DNA of 64,000 nucleotides from assembly GCA_951406725.2 (NCBI GenBank), contig OX597815.1:189410001-189474000 (forward strand), written 5' to 3'. Origin of the DNA: Octopus vulgaris. Lineage: Eukaryota. Position numbers and translations under genes: made by a program. The notes beneath the pieces were generated by a model. That model worked only from the letters and a program-made list of their open reading frames with translations. It was not told the DNA's origin and made no database searches. Positions 12,543 through 24,235 of this stretch are shown here, one piece after another (within the stretch, counting starts at the first letter, position 1; the number at the start of each line of letters is the position of its first letter).

Positions 12543-13733
12543 GTTTGATTTGAATTTTTCAAGTATTATAGTGTTTATAATTTGCCTCAGGTACCTTATT
12601 ATAAATGTACGCTACCCAATTTCTTGCATCCACAATAAAATTTTTAATAAGAATTCATTTAGTGTTATTATAGTTGAGTCATCATGATAAGATTTCGAAT
12701 TGGCAACCACAGTAAAATAGCCAGTAACACTACGGAGTAATTTCAGGAAGAATTTAAGTGGAGAAATATATCTAATTACATACATGCCAATAAATGTCTC
12801 TTGAAGAAGTTGATGTGTAGAGCTGAAGCAGTAATGATTGACTGCATAGAAAAATTCATTGAAGGGCTGATATGCACTGTACATCCATTTGTCCACTTAC
12901 ACGAACAAATGTGACTCTGCCTTATTGTCAAAGGACAGGAAGTGGCAAAAGGAAATTTGTACTTCATGCTTGAATTTAGGTGTTGAGTTTCTTGGTTGCT
13001 GCCTAAGAGCCTCAGGCATTTAGTCAGTTTGTAGTGGAAATATTTCCAGAACAATGATATGTTTAAATAATTGTAATTTATATTTTATTGTAGGCAAACA
13101 TGAGAATGCTCCTTCCCCACTGGTTCAAGATATTGACTGGCAGGGTTAATATCTTAAGTCTTTTGGCAGCACATAAGGAACAACTATTTCCACACCTGTT
13201 TTATGGCATCATTTTAATGGTTGCAATTCACTTTATAGCAGAATTATCTATTTTCGAGTCTTTTAATTACCATATATAATTTGACAATGAAGTGGAGGTG
13301 TGTTTGGACCAGTAACTAAACAAAAAGACGCACTGTGTGTATCAGTCCTTGAATTTTTCTGTACTACACTTGTTCAACACACAAACAATTAACTATGTTC
13401 CTTTTGTTAAATTCACACTGAGTTTATTGCAGAGTGTTATTGGCTATTTTATCATGGTTGAAAATGTGAAACTCTATCTCACCTAAGCAATTACACCTAC
13501 CTAAACTGAACTGCTATTGAAAATTTATGTTATCTGTGAGAAGTGGAGAAGTATGTGTTCATAATGAGACACCTGAGACAGATCATAAACACCAGCAAAA
13601 ATGAAGTCAGGAACATTATAATCCAAGAGAAAACTAACCATTTGTTGCTGTTTTTACATGAATAATCAGTGGCAGTAGGTAATATAGGTTTATGGGGCAT
13701 AAACATATTTCATATTAGTACTACAGCCAGAAT

Positions 13734-14350
13734 TCATCATCATCATCATCATTGTTTAACATCCACTTTCAATGCTAGCATGGGTTGAACGATTTGACTG
13801 AGGACTGGTGAACCAGATGGCTGCACCAGGCTCCAATCTTGATCTGGTAGAATTTCTACAGCTGGATGCCCTTCCTAATGCTCTAAGAGTATAGTGGGTG
13901 CTTGTACATGCCACCGGCACAAGGACCAGTCTGGCGGTACTGGTAACGGCCATGCTTGAAATGGTGTTTTTTACATGCCACCTGCACAGGGGTCAGTCAG
14001 GCAGCACTGGCATCGACCACACTCGAATGTTTTGTTCATGTGCCACTGGCTCAAGTGCCAGTAAGGCGACGCTAGTGACGATCACACTCAAATGGTGCTT
14101 TTTACGTGCCCACTGGCACGGATGCCAGACAGCTGCTCTGGCAGTGATCCTGCTCGGATGGAGCTCTTAGCGCTCCACTGGCATGGGTGCCAGTCATCGA
14201 ATTTGGTTCAATTTCGATTTCACTTGCCCCAACAGGTCTTTGCAAGCAGAGTTTAGTGTCCAAAGAAGGAAAAGTATGCATAAGTGGGCTGGCTACATCC
14301 CTGGTAAAGGCCACGGGTTATGGTCTCACTTGTCCTGCCGGGTCTTCTCA
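13734..14350 (-). mobile_element. RTE LINE 3' UTR fragment
   Basis: (CAT)n tail and homology to 35110-35943. Confidence 0.85.
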
Positions 14351-15215
14351 ATCTGAGTATTTTTGGAAAAGCAGAAACATGCATTAATATATCCAGTAGG
14401 GTATACCCACTTGGAATTTGAAATAGTATACGAATGCAACAATATGTGAAAGGTGTCCGAGAATGAAAATAATTTGGTTTTGTTCACATTTGCTTTTTAC
14501 TCTCAATCAATCTGAACTTCAAGTATTGTTAATGTCCCATTATCTGGGCTATCAAATTTTAACTACAATTATCCCTCAATTATCGTAGGTGTTACATTCC
14601 AAAAACCTCCCACAGAAATAATTAAAATCTAAAAACTTATAAATACCTATTGGCTGCAGAAACTCAGAAATTAAATAATATGTAATACGTTAAATCCCTT
14701 TATAAAAATAAATAAATAAATATCATAACTAATAACGATTGTAACTGATAACTATCAAGAAACTATAAACAAATAACAATATTTCAACAACAATAATAAC
14801 AATAATAATTTCAAAGTAAATTAGGTTTTATATTAATTAATATTTTGGCCAACTATATTATTGAGTGATATATTAAATCTATAGAAACTACACATATATA
14901 TTAATTATATAGTTAGTTTATTTAATGAGTGTGTCTATATTTGAATCATTTCTTATTTTGATTTCAGTATTAATGGCTTGTACTAGCATTGTGTATATTA
15001 ATTAATTTTAAAGTATTGTATAATTTAAAGTATTGTATTTAGATTTCACATAATGTATATTTAGTATCTTATATATATATGTATATATATATATATTTTT
15101 TTTTTTTTCCTAGTTACAGCTCAGAGCTGAGGCCATGCTAAAGAATATATTTATATTTTAAAAGATTATTTACGTATATTTATTAATTGATTAATTAATT
15201 ATTGTAGTTTATTTT

Positions 15216-15319
15216 TAACCTGATGAGTGGCTATATTTATATCGAAGTGGTTTTACTACTACTATTAATTTTTTTACTATAACCATTTCTTAAATATAGC
15301 CATGAAACATGTGTCGTTA
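15216..15319 (+). ncRNA. Type I hammerhead ribozyme with canonical core and long stem II
   Basis: TAAC-CTGATGA-GTGGCTATATTTA...TAAATATAGCCAT-GAAA-CATGTG-TC-GTTA. Predicted GUC cleavage after 15315. Confidence 0.8.
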
Positions 15320-15475
15320 TTCTACCAAATATATACATTTTATTTATTATTTTGCACATTAGTTAATCATTGGTATATTATTATTATTTTATATTTAATA
15401 TTTCTATTATATGTAATTTTCTAGATGGTGTAATATAATTGTTCATTTCGAATTGATAAAAGGTGTTTTTTTCTA

Positions 15476-15528
<53 letters not shown>

Positions 15529-15554
15529 ATTTTAAAGTGATGTACAGATATTGT

Positions 15555-16087
15555 ATATTTAGAATAAAAAGGTAATCACAATTTTGGCTGATTATATTCT
15601 TTTATTTACATTTTATTTACATTTTTAGTGCTTTTTTCCATTACCAGATTTATCAAAAGATTTCTTTGCTTTCTTTCTATACATAAAAACATATTTTGTG
15701 GAGTTTGCCAAGCAAGGGAAAAGAAAGAAGAAAAAATTCAAAAACAACATATGGTTTTTCAATTGAAATCTTGACCAATTCAAATACAAAAATTCCTTTT
15801 CCTTCCCCACCTTAAAAGGCCTCTAAGTACTAAACAAACAAGCTTGACCATGCCAATACCAAAGCCACGCCTCTTCACCCCCCCTCCTCCTCAAAAAGTC
15901 TTTCTTCTTTCTTCTCCCTTGCTTGGCAAACCCCACAAAATTTTTTATACATAAAAAAAGCCAAGGAATCTAACTTTAAACTACTTTTTGATGAATACGA
16001 TAATGAAAGAAAGTGCTAAAAATAAAAATGTAAATAAAAAATATATATAATCATCCAAACTTCTGACTGCCTTATTATTCTAAATAT
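15555..16087. mobile_element. Old fold-back MITE-like element
   Basis: About 15555-15733 is an imperfect reverse complement of about 15900-16087 (e.g. GTTTGCCAAGCAAGGGA / TCCCTTGCTTGGCAAAC). Confidence 0.7.
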
Positions 16088-16297
16088 ATATATATATAAA
16101 TACACATAAATGTCGAACGATGAAAATGAATGTTCAACACTGCATTAGTGGATATAATTTCCTTGTTTGTGAATTAAGGCTACCATTGGTTTCATGTTAA
16201 GAAAATAGGAAAATATCCTAAGCGTCTTAACAATTTTTCAAGCCAATCACATAGAAAACGGTGTTAACCTCCATTTTGGAAAACACAGCCTCACAAA

Positions 16298-16512
16298 AAG
16301 GGGTGCTGAAAAGTTCTTGACTTTAAGGGTATTGTGAAGGGCCCGGCTGAAAGGCCAACCTTCCAAGTTCTTTTACAGGTCTTAAAAAAACAGAAGGACT
16401 GCTACAATAAGTGTGTGAATCTGTGATGGGAATATGTTGAATAAAATTCTGATTAACTGATCCTCCTACATTTTCTTTTATCCAAAACCAGGAACTTTTC
16501 AGCACACCCTCG
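16298..16512. mobile_element. Mariner-derived MITE
   Basis: Terminal inverted repeats GTGCTGAAAAGTTC / GAACTTTTCAGCAC. A partial reversed copy lies at about 46645-46810. Confidence 0.8.
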
Positions 16513-16563
<51 letters not shown>

Positions 16564-16735
16564 ACACACATAATGTTTTTTGTCCTCTTTAACAGTTATA
16601 TACATGTACATAACTATTTTGTCCTTTTTAACAGTAAATACATGTACATACACAGAATTGATGTACTTGAAGAATCAGATACGGCTGTGATATCTTGGTT
16701 GAAAATATTGTCCTCATGACACATGTGTGTGTGTA

Positions 16736-17303
16736 CAGGGATGGCCATAGGTCACTTTACCCAGTTCTAATAATAATAAACACAAATGTCCAAATGGTAT
16801 GGCTTTTATTTAGTCATCGTACAATTATACTTTCAAGACAAAAACAAGATAACATTTATATTGTATCTTCAAAGAATCGTCCTTCAGCATCAATACACAA
16901 CTGGATTCTTATCTGGATGGAGTGGAAAATTCGCCGACACAAGTCTTTATCACTGTCCAGGGCTACAAATTCTGCAATAATTCTTTCCCTCGACTCTAGT
17001 ATTATCCAAACATCTTGTGAGAAGACCCGTTCCTTCAGGATAACCCACATTGAGTAATCACAAGGACTCAGGGCCGGTGATCGTAGAAGCCATTCAGTGG
17101 TTCCTCTTCTGCCAATCCTCATCTCAAAAGTACCATCCAAGAAGCCGTGTACATTTCTGCCATAATGAGGTGGAGCACCATCCTGCATCCTGATGTCCAT
17201 GTCTCTTTCAAGTTGAGGTCCAGCGAAATCACACAGTATGTGTATATTATTATTTGTGTTTATTATTATTAGAAATGGCTAAAGCAACTTATGGCCATCC
17301 CTG
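16736..17303 (-). mobile_element. Internally deleted Tc1/mariner element with a DD(37/41)D-like transposase C-terminus
   Basis: TIR CAGGGATGGCCATA at both ends with TA target duplication. ORF 16856-17200 has QDGAPPH...IGRRG..EW..RSPALSPCDY. Confidence 0.9.
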
Positions 17304-17499
17304 TATATAAAACTGATAAGTTAAATACAGTTTACGATAAAAAATTGCAGTTTTATTTTCATTAACCTATCAGCATCTTTAGAACGAAACTTTTCAATGC
17401 TGTCCGCCTGCTCTACCACCTCTGACTGTCGCTCACTCCCACTCTGTAGTTCTACTCTTCTTTTCCTCTAGCATGACCGACAGGTCACACACATTGCAT

Positions 17500-19140
17500 T
17501 TTATAACATGTAAGAAAAAGTTTGGCTGAATCTTGTATTGGTTACATTATTTCTAAAATATGAAATATGAATCATAATGCTGGTATCAACTCATCTTTGC
17601 AAACTTGTCAAGTCTGAATACGTTGGCAATAGCTAAGTTTAAATGTATTGGCAGTTAAGCTATGTAATCTATGCTGGTCACATTAAAATTAGATTTGATT
17701 TTCGTTGAATAAATCACAGATGTTTAAAGACAACACTCCATTGACTAGACAGTAATTTAATGAAAAAAATTATATACTGGTGTGCAGTTCCTACATGCGA
17801 TCTGGCAATTGAAAATATTCTCTACATTCATTATTATTAAAGTATGATAGAGTATTTAGCAAAGTTCTGAGTGAATTTTGGTTGAATAAGTTTTTTTATA
17901 GTTATGACTGAGAGGTAAGTGCATTCACATAAAGTGAATAAGTAGTTTTCTATTTGGTATACTGAGATTGATTAAATGTGGTGGATTAAAGCATGTGACA
18001 TACTTATTGCCTTTCTGTTATTAGATTGAACATAATTGAGTTATATAATAGGCGATCTTATACAACTGGATGCTAGTGAATCAGTACATAAAAGTACAAC
18101 TCTAGAGGGTTCTTTATAGGAGGTGACCGATTTCCTCCAGCATAAGTTGTTCAATAGATTTCTAGGAAATATACAATAGATGTTTGCAGTTACAATTTGT
18201 ATCTTATATGGAATAGTTTTGTGTAACACATGATTATAATTTGTTGTTATTAAGGTAAAATGCTAAGTCAAAATGAATGAAAGTTTTAAGATTATAGCTT
18301 TTTGTAATTTTTCACTTCTGTTCATCGAATAGATTGATTAGGTTTCTCTTGAATTTATCCGCTTGTTTGCTGATGTTTTTGGAGATAAATAAGCCATCAT
18401 ATCTAATACCATCGTTAATAAAGTGGAATTTATTGTGGATTAAGTTTACAATATATAAACCTATTAAATTTGAAAATTATTCAGAGTTTATAGCTCTTAC
18501 GCTTACATTAAAATATTATGATATTTATCTATATGTTATTATCGAAGAAAGGAATTGATTTCCCTCTGTGCATTATCATATATATGCCGTCAGCTGTGAT
18601 GCAGAATAATGTTTTAACAGTAGCAGTTTAATTACAGAAGATAGTAGTCTATTATATCAACATAATGGTATGGTTTTGTTTTATGTATTTTCTTTTACAT
18701 GGATGTTTTTAAACCAATTTATTACTGATACGTTATTGTTCCTGAGTGTAATCTAACAATTTTTTTAATGGTATTGATGATTATTTTATCTCGGTTGTTT
18801 TCACTAATTCTTCCAGGTTTTGTTTCAGTGAGATCTCTGAGATTCGTTGCAAGGTTAGTCATATAAAAGATCTTACAGTTCTTCATACTAATATAAGATT
18901 ATTTTTCGTGCTAGAATTTCAAATCTTTTCTTCTATGTTAAAACTAAAAGCTCTGTGTCTGGAATCGTTATTTATAGATTTTTAAGTATTATCAGTACTG
19001 TTTTTAGTGATTATCAGTGATTCTGAGTGTTAAAAGATAAATATAATAATTTTAGATTAGTTCATACGTTTTGGTGTTTTGTTGGGTTTTACATATTTAT
19101 TGCTTGCTCTTCTTTACATTTTTCACGATTTTCTGTTAGA
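17500..19140 (-). pseudogene. Decayed Penelope-like retroelement (RT plus GIY-YIG endonuclease)
   Basis: Colinear minus-strand remnants: VINWFKNI (18702-18725), VDIIDYY (about 18642-18662), GIRYDGL resembling YRDDGL (about 18390-18410), NLKTFIHFDLAFYL, and frameshifted YI-LTANTFKLSY (17629-17666). Confidence 0.75.
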
Positions 19141-19480
19141 AGATGATGCTTATCGCCTTAATTTCTGTCATATGTATACATCCATTCCTCTTTCTCTCTC
19201 TCCATATATATATATATATATATATAAAAATTATAAATAGATGTGTGTATTTTTCCCTTGTTAACAATTAACACGGAAAAAATAGATAAATAGTTACCAG
19301 GGTAGCAAAAAAATCACACAAGTAAAGAGGTTGTAACTCCTTGTTTCTAAAAGTAGAAACTTCGGGTTTACGTGATTAATAATATCAGTGGTATCTTCGA
19401 AACATGTGTCGGAAATAAAAGTATTTGAATTACACCTGCGTTAAACTTCATTTATTTATTTACATATATAAATTTATATA

Positions 19481-20340
19481 TATTAGGCTGTTCGGAAAGT
19501 AATTGCGTTTTATCAGAAAGGATATCAAAAGAACGTAAACTACGTTTACCTGAAAAATTTTAATCAAGAATGTAATCACCGTCGTTTTCAACGGCTGCAA
19601 TTCAATGGGAAAGTAACATTTTATGCCACGCTCAAAGAGACCTACTTCTTTTCCTGAAAAAATGTCCGAAATACTGTCTCCAACTTCCTCACTGTTTCGG
19701 AATGTTTTTTCTCTTATAAAATGTTCTAGTGATCAGGACAGAGGGGAAATCCGTGGATGCTAAGCCAGGTGAGCATGGAGGATGGGGAAGAGCTTCACAG
19801 CTTAATGATAATGGGTTTCTTTTGAAGAATGTGGCCGTGCATCGGCAATAAACGTCTGTATTGATGGTTCTTTCATGTTCCAACAGTTCGTAATGGACGA
19901 TACTTTTCATGTTCCACCAAACATAGAAGGAGGATTTTTGTGAATGGAGTTCTGATTTTGGTGTTGGCACTGGCCTCTCATTACAAGATAACCACAGTCC
20001 TTTTCAGTTTTTGCTTGTGGTGCAAGGCCCTAAGGCCTATTTGATGTTTATCCAATACAAGAGTTTCATTCAAAAGATTGTCATTTAGAGTGGGTCGTCT
20101 TCCAGAGTGAGGCTTGTTGGATATGTCACAACTACCATCTTTAAACCTTTTAAACCACAGCTCACATGTACGAGCTTTCACTGCATCCGGATACACTTCA
20201 CAAATGTTTTTCATTGCTTCTAGAGCGGTAGTTTTTTTTTAATCCATTCCGTAAGCAATGGCAAATATGTTGTTTCCTTAAGTTCTTATCCTCCATCAGG
20301 TTAATTACCAAAATAACTATGAATGACACGCTGCTAGATA
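19481..20340 (-). mobile_element. Decayed mariner transposon
   Basis: TIR-like TATTAGGCTGTTCGGAAAGTAATTGCG. Fragments CELWFKRFKDG..DISNKPHSGR, IVHYELL..TIN.DVYC and HPPCSPGLASTDF. Confidence 0.9.
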
Positions 20341-20786
20341 GAAGAGATGAAGTACTATATCTAGACAGTTCCTTCTCATTCAACCTTGACACTGACGTGA
20401 TTGGTTGGTTAGTATTTCATGGTGGTGAAATATGTGTGTGTGTTCATTTATGCATATATATGATGTATGTATGTATGTATGTATGTATGTATGTATGTAT
20501 GTATGTATGTTTGTATGTATATATATATGAAAATATTTAGAATAGAAAATTTAGAGAAATATTCTACCAGTGGCCAGCATGCGTAATAGAGTCAATAGAC
20601 AACATATTTTTCATATAAATTAGTGCACATTTCTGTACATAAAAGAGGTGACCCTAGCAGGAGATCTTTGTTTATATTTTTCATTCCCTTTGAAATTACT
20701 CTTATCTGTGATTTGGGTTTTAATTGCCCTTTTCAGCATGTAAGGTGTTCTGTTAGGGTCACCTCTTTTGTGTATAGAAATGTACA

Positions 20787-20830
<44 letters not shown>

Positions 20831-21005
20831 CAAAAATCAAAAATAAGCAACAAGAATGAATACCGGATTCATTCTTGTTGCTTAGTTTTGCTTATAATCA
20901 CCCCGCATATTTTTATGGGTAACACCCTAAAAAATTCTGGTGCATCTAAATTAAGTGCCATATTCATTTGAATCTAAACTGTTGCTGAACTTATATATAT
21001 ATATA

Positions 21006-21136
21006 TATGTTTCCGACGAAGAGCTCCGCTCGAAACGTCATACCTCCCTGCTTCCATTTCCTGAGCGCCTATTAATAATAATACTGTAATTGTTCCATTG
21101 TTGTTGTTTTTTTGTTTTCCCGTTTGGATTAAAATT
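21006..21136 (+). mobile_element. Hammerhead-like element family A, 5'-truncated just before the core
   Basis: Core CCGACGA at 21013-21019, embedded in (TA)n. Confidence 0.7.
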
Positions 21137-21160
21137 ATATATATATACACATATACATAT

Positions 21161-21209
<49 letters not shown>

Positions 21210-21212
<3 letters not shown>

Positions 21213-21532
21213 TTTACTTTTGCTGGGCTCAAATCTCATCTGCGAACCCATAGAAAACAAACCTCCCTCAACTATTCTGCCTGTATGTCTGTGCACACCT
21301 TTGAATGCAGTGTATGCCAGAAGGTTTCCAAATCCAACAGAGACCGCAAAAAATATTTTAAGATCCACGAAGATCAGAACTTATCTGCAGTTCTTGGTGG
21401 TCCAAATCGGATGTGCTCTCTGTGTCTTTTCAGGACATTGTCTGGTTTAAAAAGCCACTCCAGATGCCATGATGGTTCTAAGGTGTAGGTACAGGAGGTA
21501 GTCAAACTCTGCATAAGGAGTAGACGACCACC
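21210..21532 (+). mobile_element. LINE (RTE/BovB-like) 3' end encoding degenerate C2H2 fingers
   Basis: AGLKSHLRTH, CSVCQKVSKS...KIH and CSLC..RTLSGLKSHSRCH, then a stop, short UTR and microsatellite tail. Confidence 0.6.
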
Positions 21533-21687
21533 ATATATCTATATGTATGTATGTATGTATGCATGTATGTATGCATGTATGTATGCATGTATGTATGTAT
21601 GTATGTATGTATGTATCTATCTATCTCTCTCTCTTTCTCTCTCTCTCTCTATATATATATGTATATATATATATATACATATATATA

Positions 21688-21735
<48 letters not shown>

Positions 21736-21857
21736 ATATATATGAGACTGATAGAGTAAACCTAGTACTTAGTTTGTCAGTTTCTTTTGCTGAACCACTG
21801 AGTTACGGGGGATGTAGACACACCAGCATCAGATGTCAAACGCTGTTGGGAGGACAA

Positions 21858-21961
<104 letters not shown>

Positions 21962-22587
21962 GTATGTATGTATATATATATATATGTGTGTGTGCATCTG
22001 TGTGTGAGTGTGTGAGTGTGTGTGCAATATCATACATACATACAATCATGCATACATATATATATATAAACATACATATATGTATATACACATGCATGCC
22101 CATACACACACACACACACACACATTACTGTGGCTAATAATCTAGCAGTTTTCATATAGAACAGATTACAAGTGAGCTATATTTACATGTTTTAAAAGGA
22201 AGTGGTGCGTGAGTCCGAAGCTAGTTAGCTAGAAATGTTGGTGTTCATATTTTTGTTCGATTTATAAACACGACTGATTATCCGAAGCATAAGGCATCTT
22301 GCTATTCATTACAGCCAAATGAGAAGATCAAAGCTGAAAATTTGTATGTTATTCTCTGACATATCTAATTCCCCCATTTCAGTTAACAACAATGCAGCAC
22401 TACATAATTTCACATTGAATCTCCATCTTTGAATATAAACAGAATATAGGTAACTGTAAAATATTTCTCGTTTTTTTTTTTTTATGTTTTTTTGTTTTAT
22501 TTTAAATATAATGGCGGTGCCCCAGCATGGCCACAGCTTGTGAGCTGAAACTAAATAAAAGTAAGAAATAAATAAAATAAGTATTTT

Positions 22588-22953
22588 TTCTTTTACTTGT
22601 TTTAGTCAGTTGACTGCGGCCATGCTGGAGCACCACCTTTAGTCGAGCAAATCGATCCCAGGACTTATTCTTTGTAAGCCTAGTACTTATTCTATCGGTC
22701 TCTTTTGCTGAACTGCTAAGTTACGGGGGACGTAAACACACCAACATTGGATGTCAGGTGATGTTGGAAGGACAAACACACATACATACGATGGACTTCT
22801 TTCAGTTTCCGTCTACCAAATCCACTCACAAGGCTTTGGTCGGCCTGAGGCTATAGTAGAAGACACTTGCCCAAGGTGCCACGCAGTGGGACTGAACCCG
22901 GAACAATGTCGTTGGTAAGCAAGCTACTTACCACACAGCCACTCCTGCACCTA
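22588..22953 (-). mobile_element. SINE family 1
   Basis: Homology to 1531-1923. Confidence 0.9.
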
Positions 22954-23039
22954 TATATATATTTTTCTTTACTGACATGAGTAAAATAGTTTCAAAATGT
23001 TGTCTCAGTGCAAATAAATCGCTGTAGTATGCTTCATGT

Positions 23040-23256
23040 GAAGGCATGTAGCCAAGTGGTTAAGATGTTGCACTTGTGATCATAAGATTGTAGTTTCAAT
23101 TCCCAGGCTGGGCAATAAATTGTCTTTTTGAGCAAAACATTTCATTTGACGTTGTAGCTGGGAAGTTAAACTTACAATGGGCCAGCATGCCATCCAGAGG
23201 TGAGGAATGTTGTAATCTCAGTAACTTTTATGCCATGGAAACTGGGCTAAGCTCTA
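23040..23256 (+). mobile_element. Old tRNA-derived SINE related to family 2
   Basis: Degenerate tRNA head and CCAGCATGCCATCCAG...GGAAACTGGG core. Confidence 0.55.
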
Positions 23257-23544
23257 AACCAGAAAATACTGGTGTTCTTTAAAACTCTTTGAGGCAACTC
23301 AAAACTCTCATGCTATTACGCTGGAAGACTGCAAGGCTGAGATACTGGAACAGCTTGGCACTCACATGAATGTTATCACCTCTACTACATTATACATATA
23401 TAATGGCATGAAAAAGCCACTAAAATGGGTATATCATATAAGACAACTCTCTCTGTCCTAAGGACAAAGATTGGGTCTTTCAGTAATAATGAATTTAAAT
23501 GGTCAGCATTCATCAAATCATATTTGTTTGTTTATATAGCAATA

Positions 23545-23890
23545 TCATCATCATCATCGTTTAACATCCGCTTTCCATGCTAGCATGGGTTGGACGGATC
23601 GACCGGGGTCTGGGAAGCCAGGAGGCTGCGCCAGGCTCCAGTCTGATCTGGCAGTGTTTCTACAGCTGGATGCCCTTCCTAACGCCAACCACTCCGTGAG
23701 TGTAGTGGATGCTTTTTACGTGCCACCAGCACATGGACCAGAGGAGGCTGGCAAATGGCCATGATCAGACAGTGCCTTTTATGTGTCACCGACACGGATG
23801 CCAGTCAGGCGGCGCTGGCATCAGCCACGTTTGGATGGTGCTTTTTACGTGCCACCAGCACAGGTATCTTAGCTACAATTTCCATTTGAT
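23545..23890 (-). mobile_element. RTE LINE 3' UTR fragment
   Basis: (CAT)n tail and homology to 38516-39070. Confidence 0.85.
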
Positions 23891-24096
23891 TTTTATTTCT
23901 ATATATGTTAATCAATTTACACCAACAAAATCTTTGTTGATGGTTATCTGTTTGGCTTAGTTTGTATGCCATGGAAACAAGAGGAGTCTGGCATTTTTTA
24001 CTGACACTTTGTCTGAAGGAAAGACATTTTTTTCAGTTTCGTTCTCCATTTGGTTCATCCAAAATTCTGATCCAAAATTCACCATAAATTTTTTAC

Positions 24097-24235
24097 CTAT
24101 GCAGAACAGCACCAGTTTCCTCAAACACCTTTCCATTTTTTTCTCTCTCTCCAAAATTTCTTCATTCAGCCCCTGTGAAAATTTTCTCATTTGTAATTCA
24201 TAGATGCCGTGCCAGCATGTCCACAAATCTAATAA
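24097..24235 (-). CDS. Candidate exon LLDLWTCWHGIYELQMRKFSQGLNEEILEREKKMERCLRKLVLFCI (start of signal peptide or anchor)
   Basis: Strong acceptor CTTTTCTTTCTCATTTTAG, donor ATAG|GTAAAA, 139 nt open, phase 0 to 1, hydrophobic end. Confidence 0.4.

Larger units (their letters stand above)
10300..13700 (+). mobile_element. Possible highly decayed Gypsy-like LTR retrotransposon, interrupted by MITE and SINEs
   Basis: AATAAA...TGTCACA|TGGTG at 10630-10652 resembles an LTR end plus primer-binding site. Weak integrase-like remnants at about 13110-13440. Confidence 0.3.

Noticed and set aside
16655-16700. Possible minus-strand mini-exon ITAVSDSSSTSIL
   Set aside because: Weak acceptor, and the phase does not match the next candidate exon.
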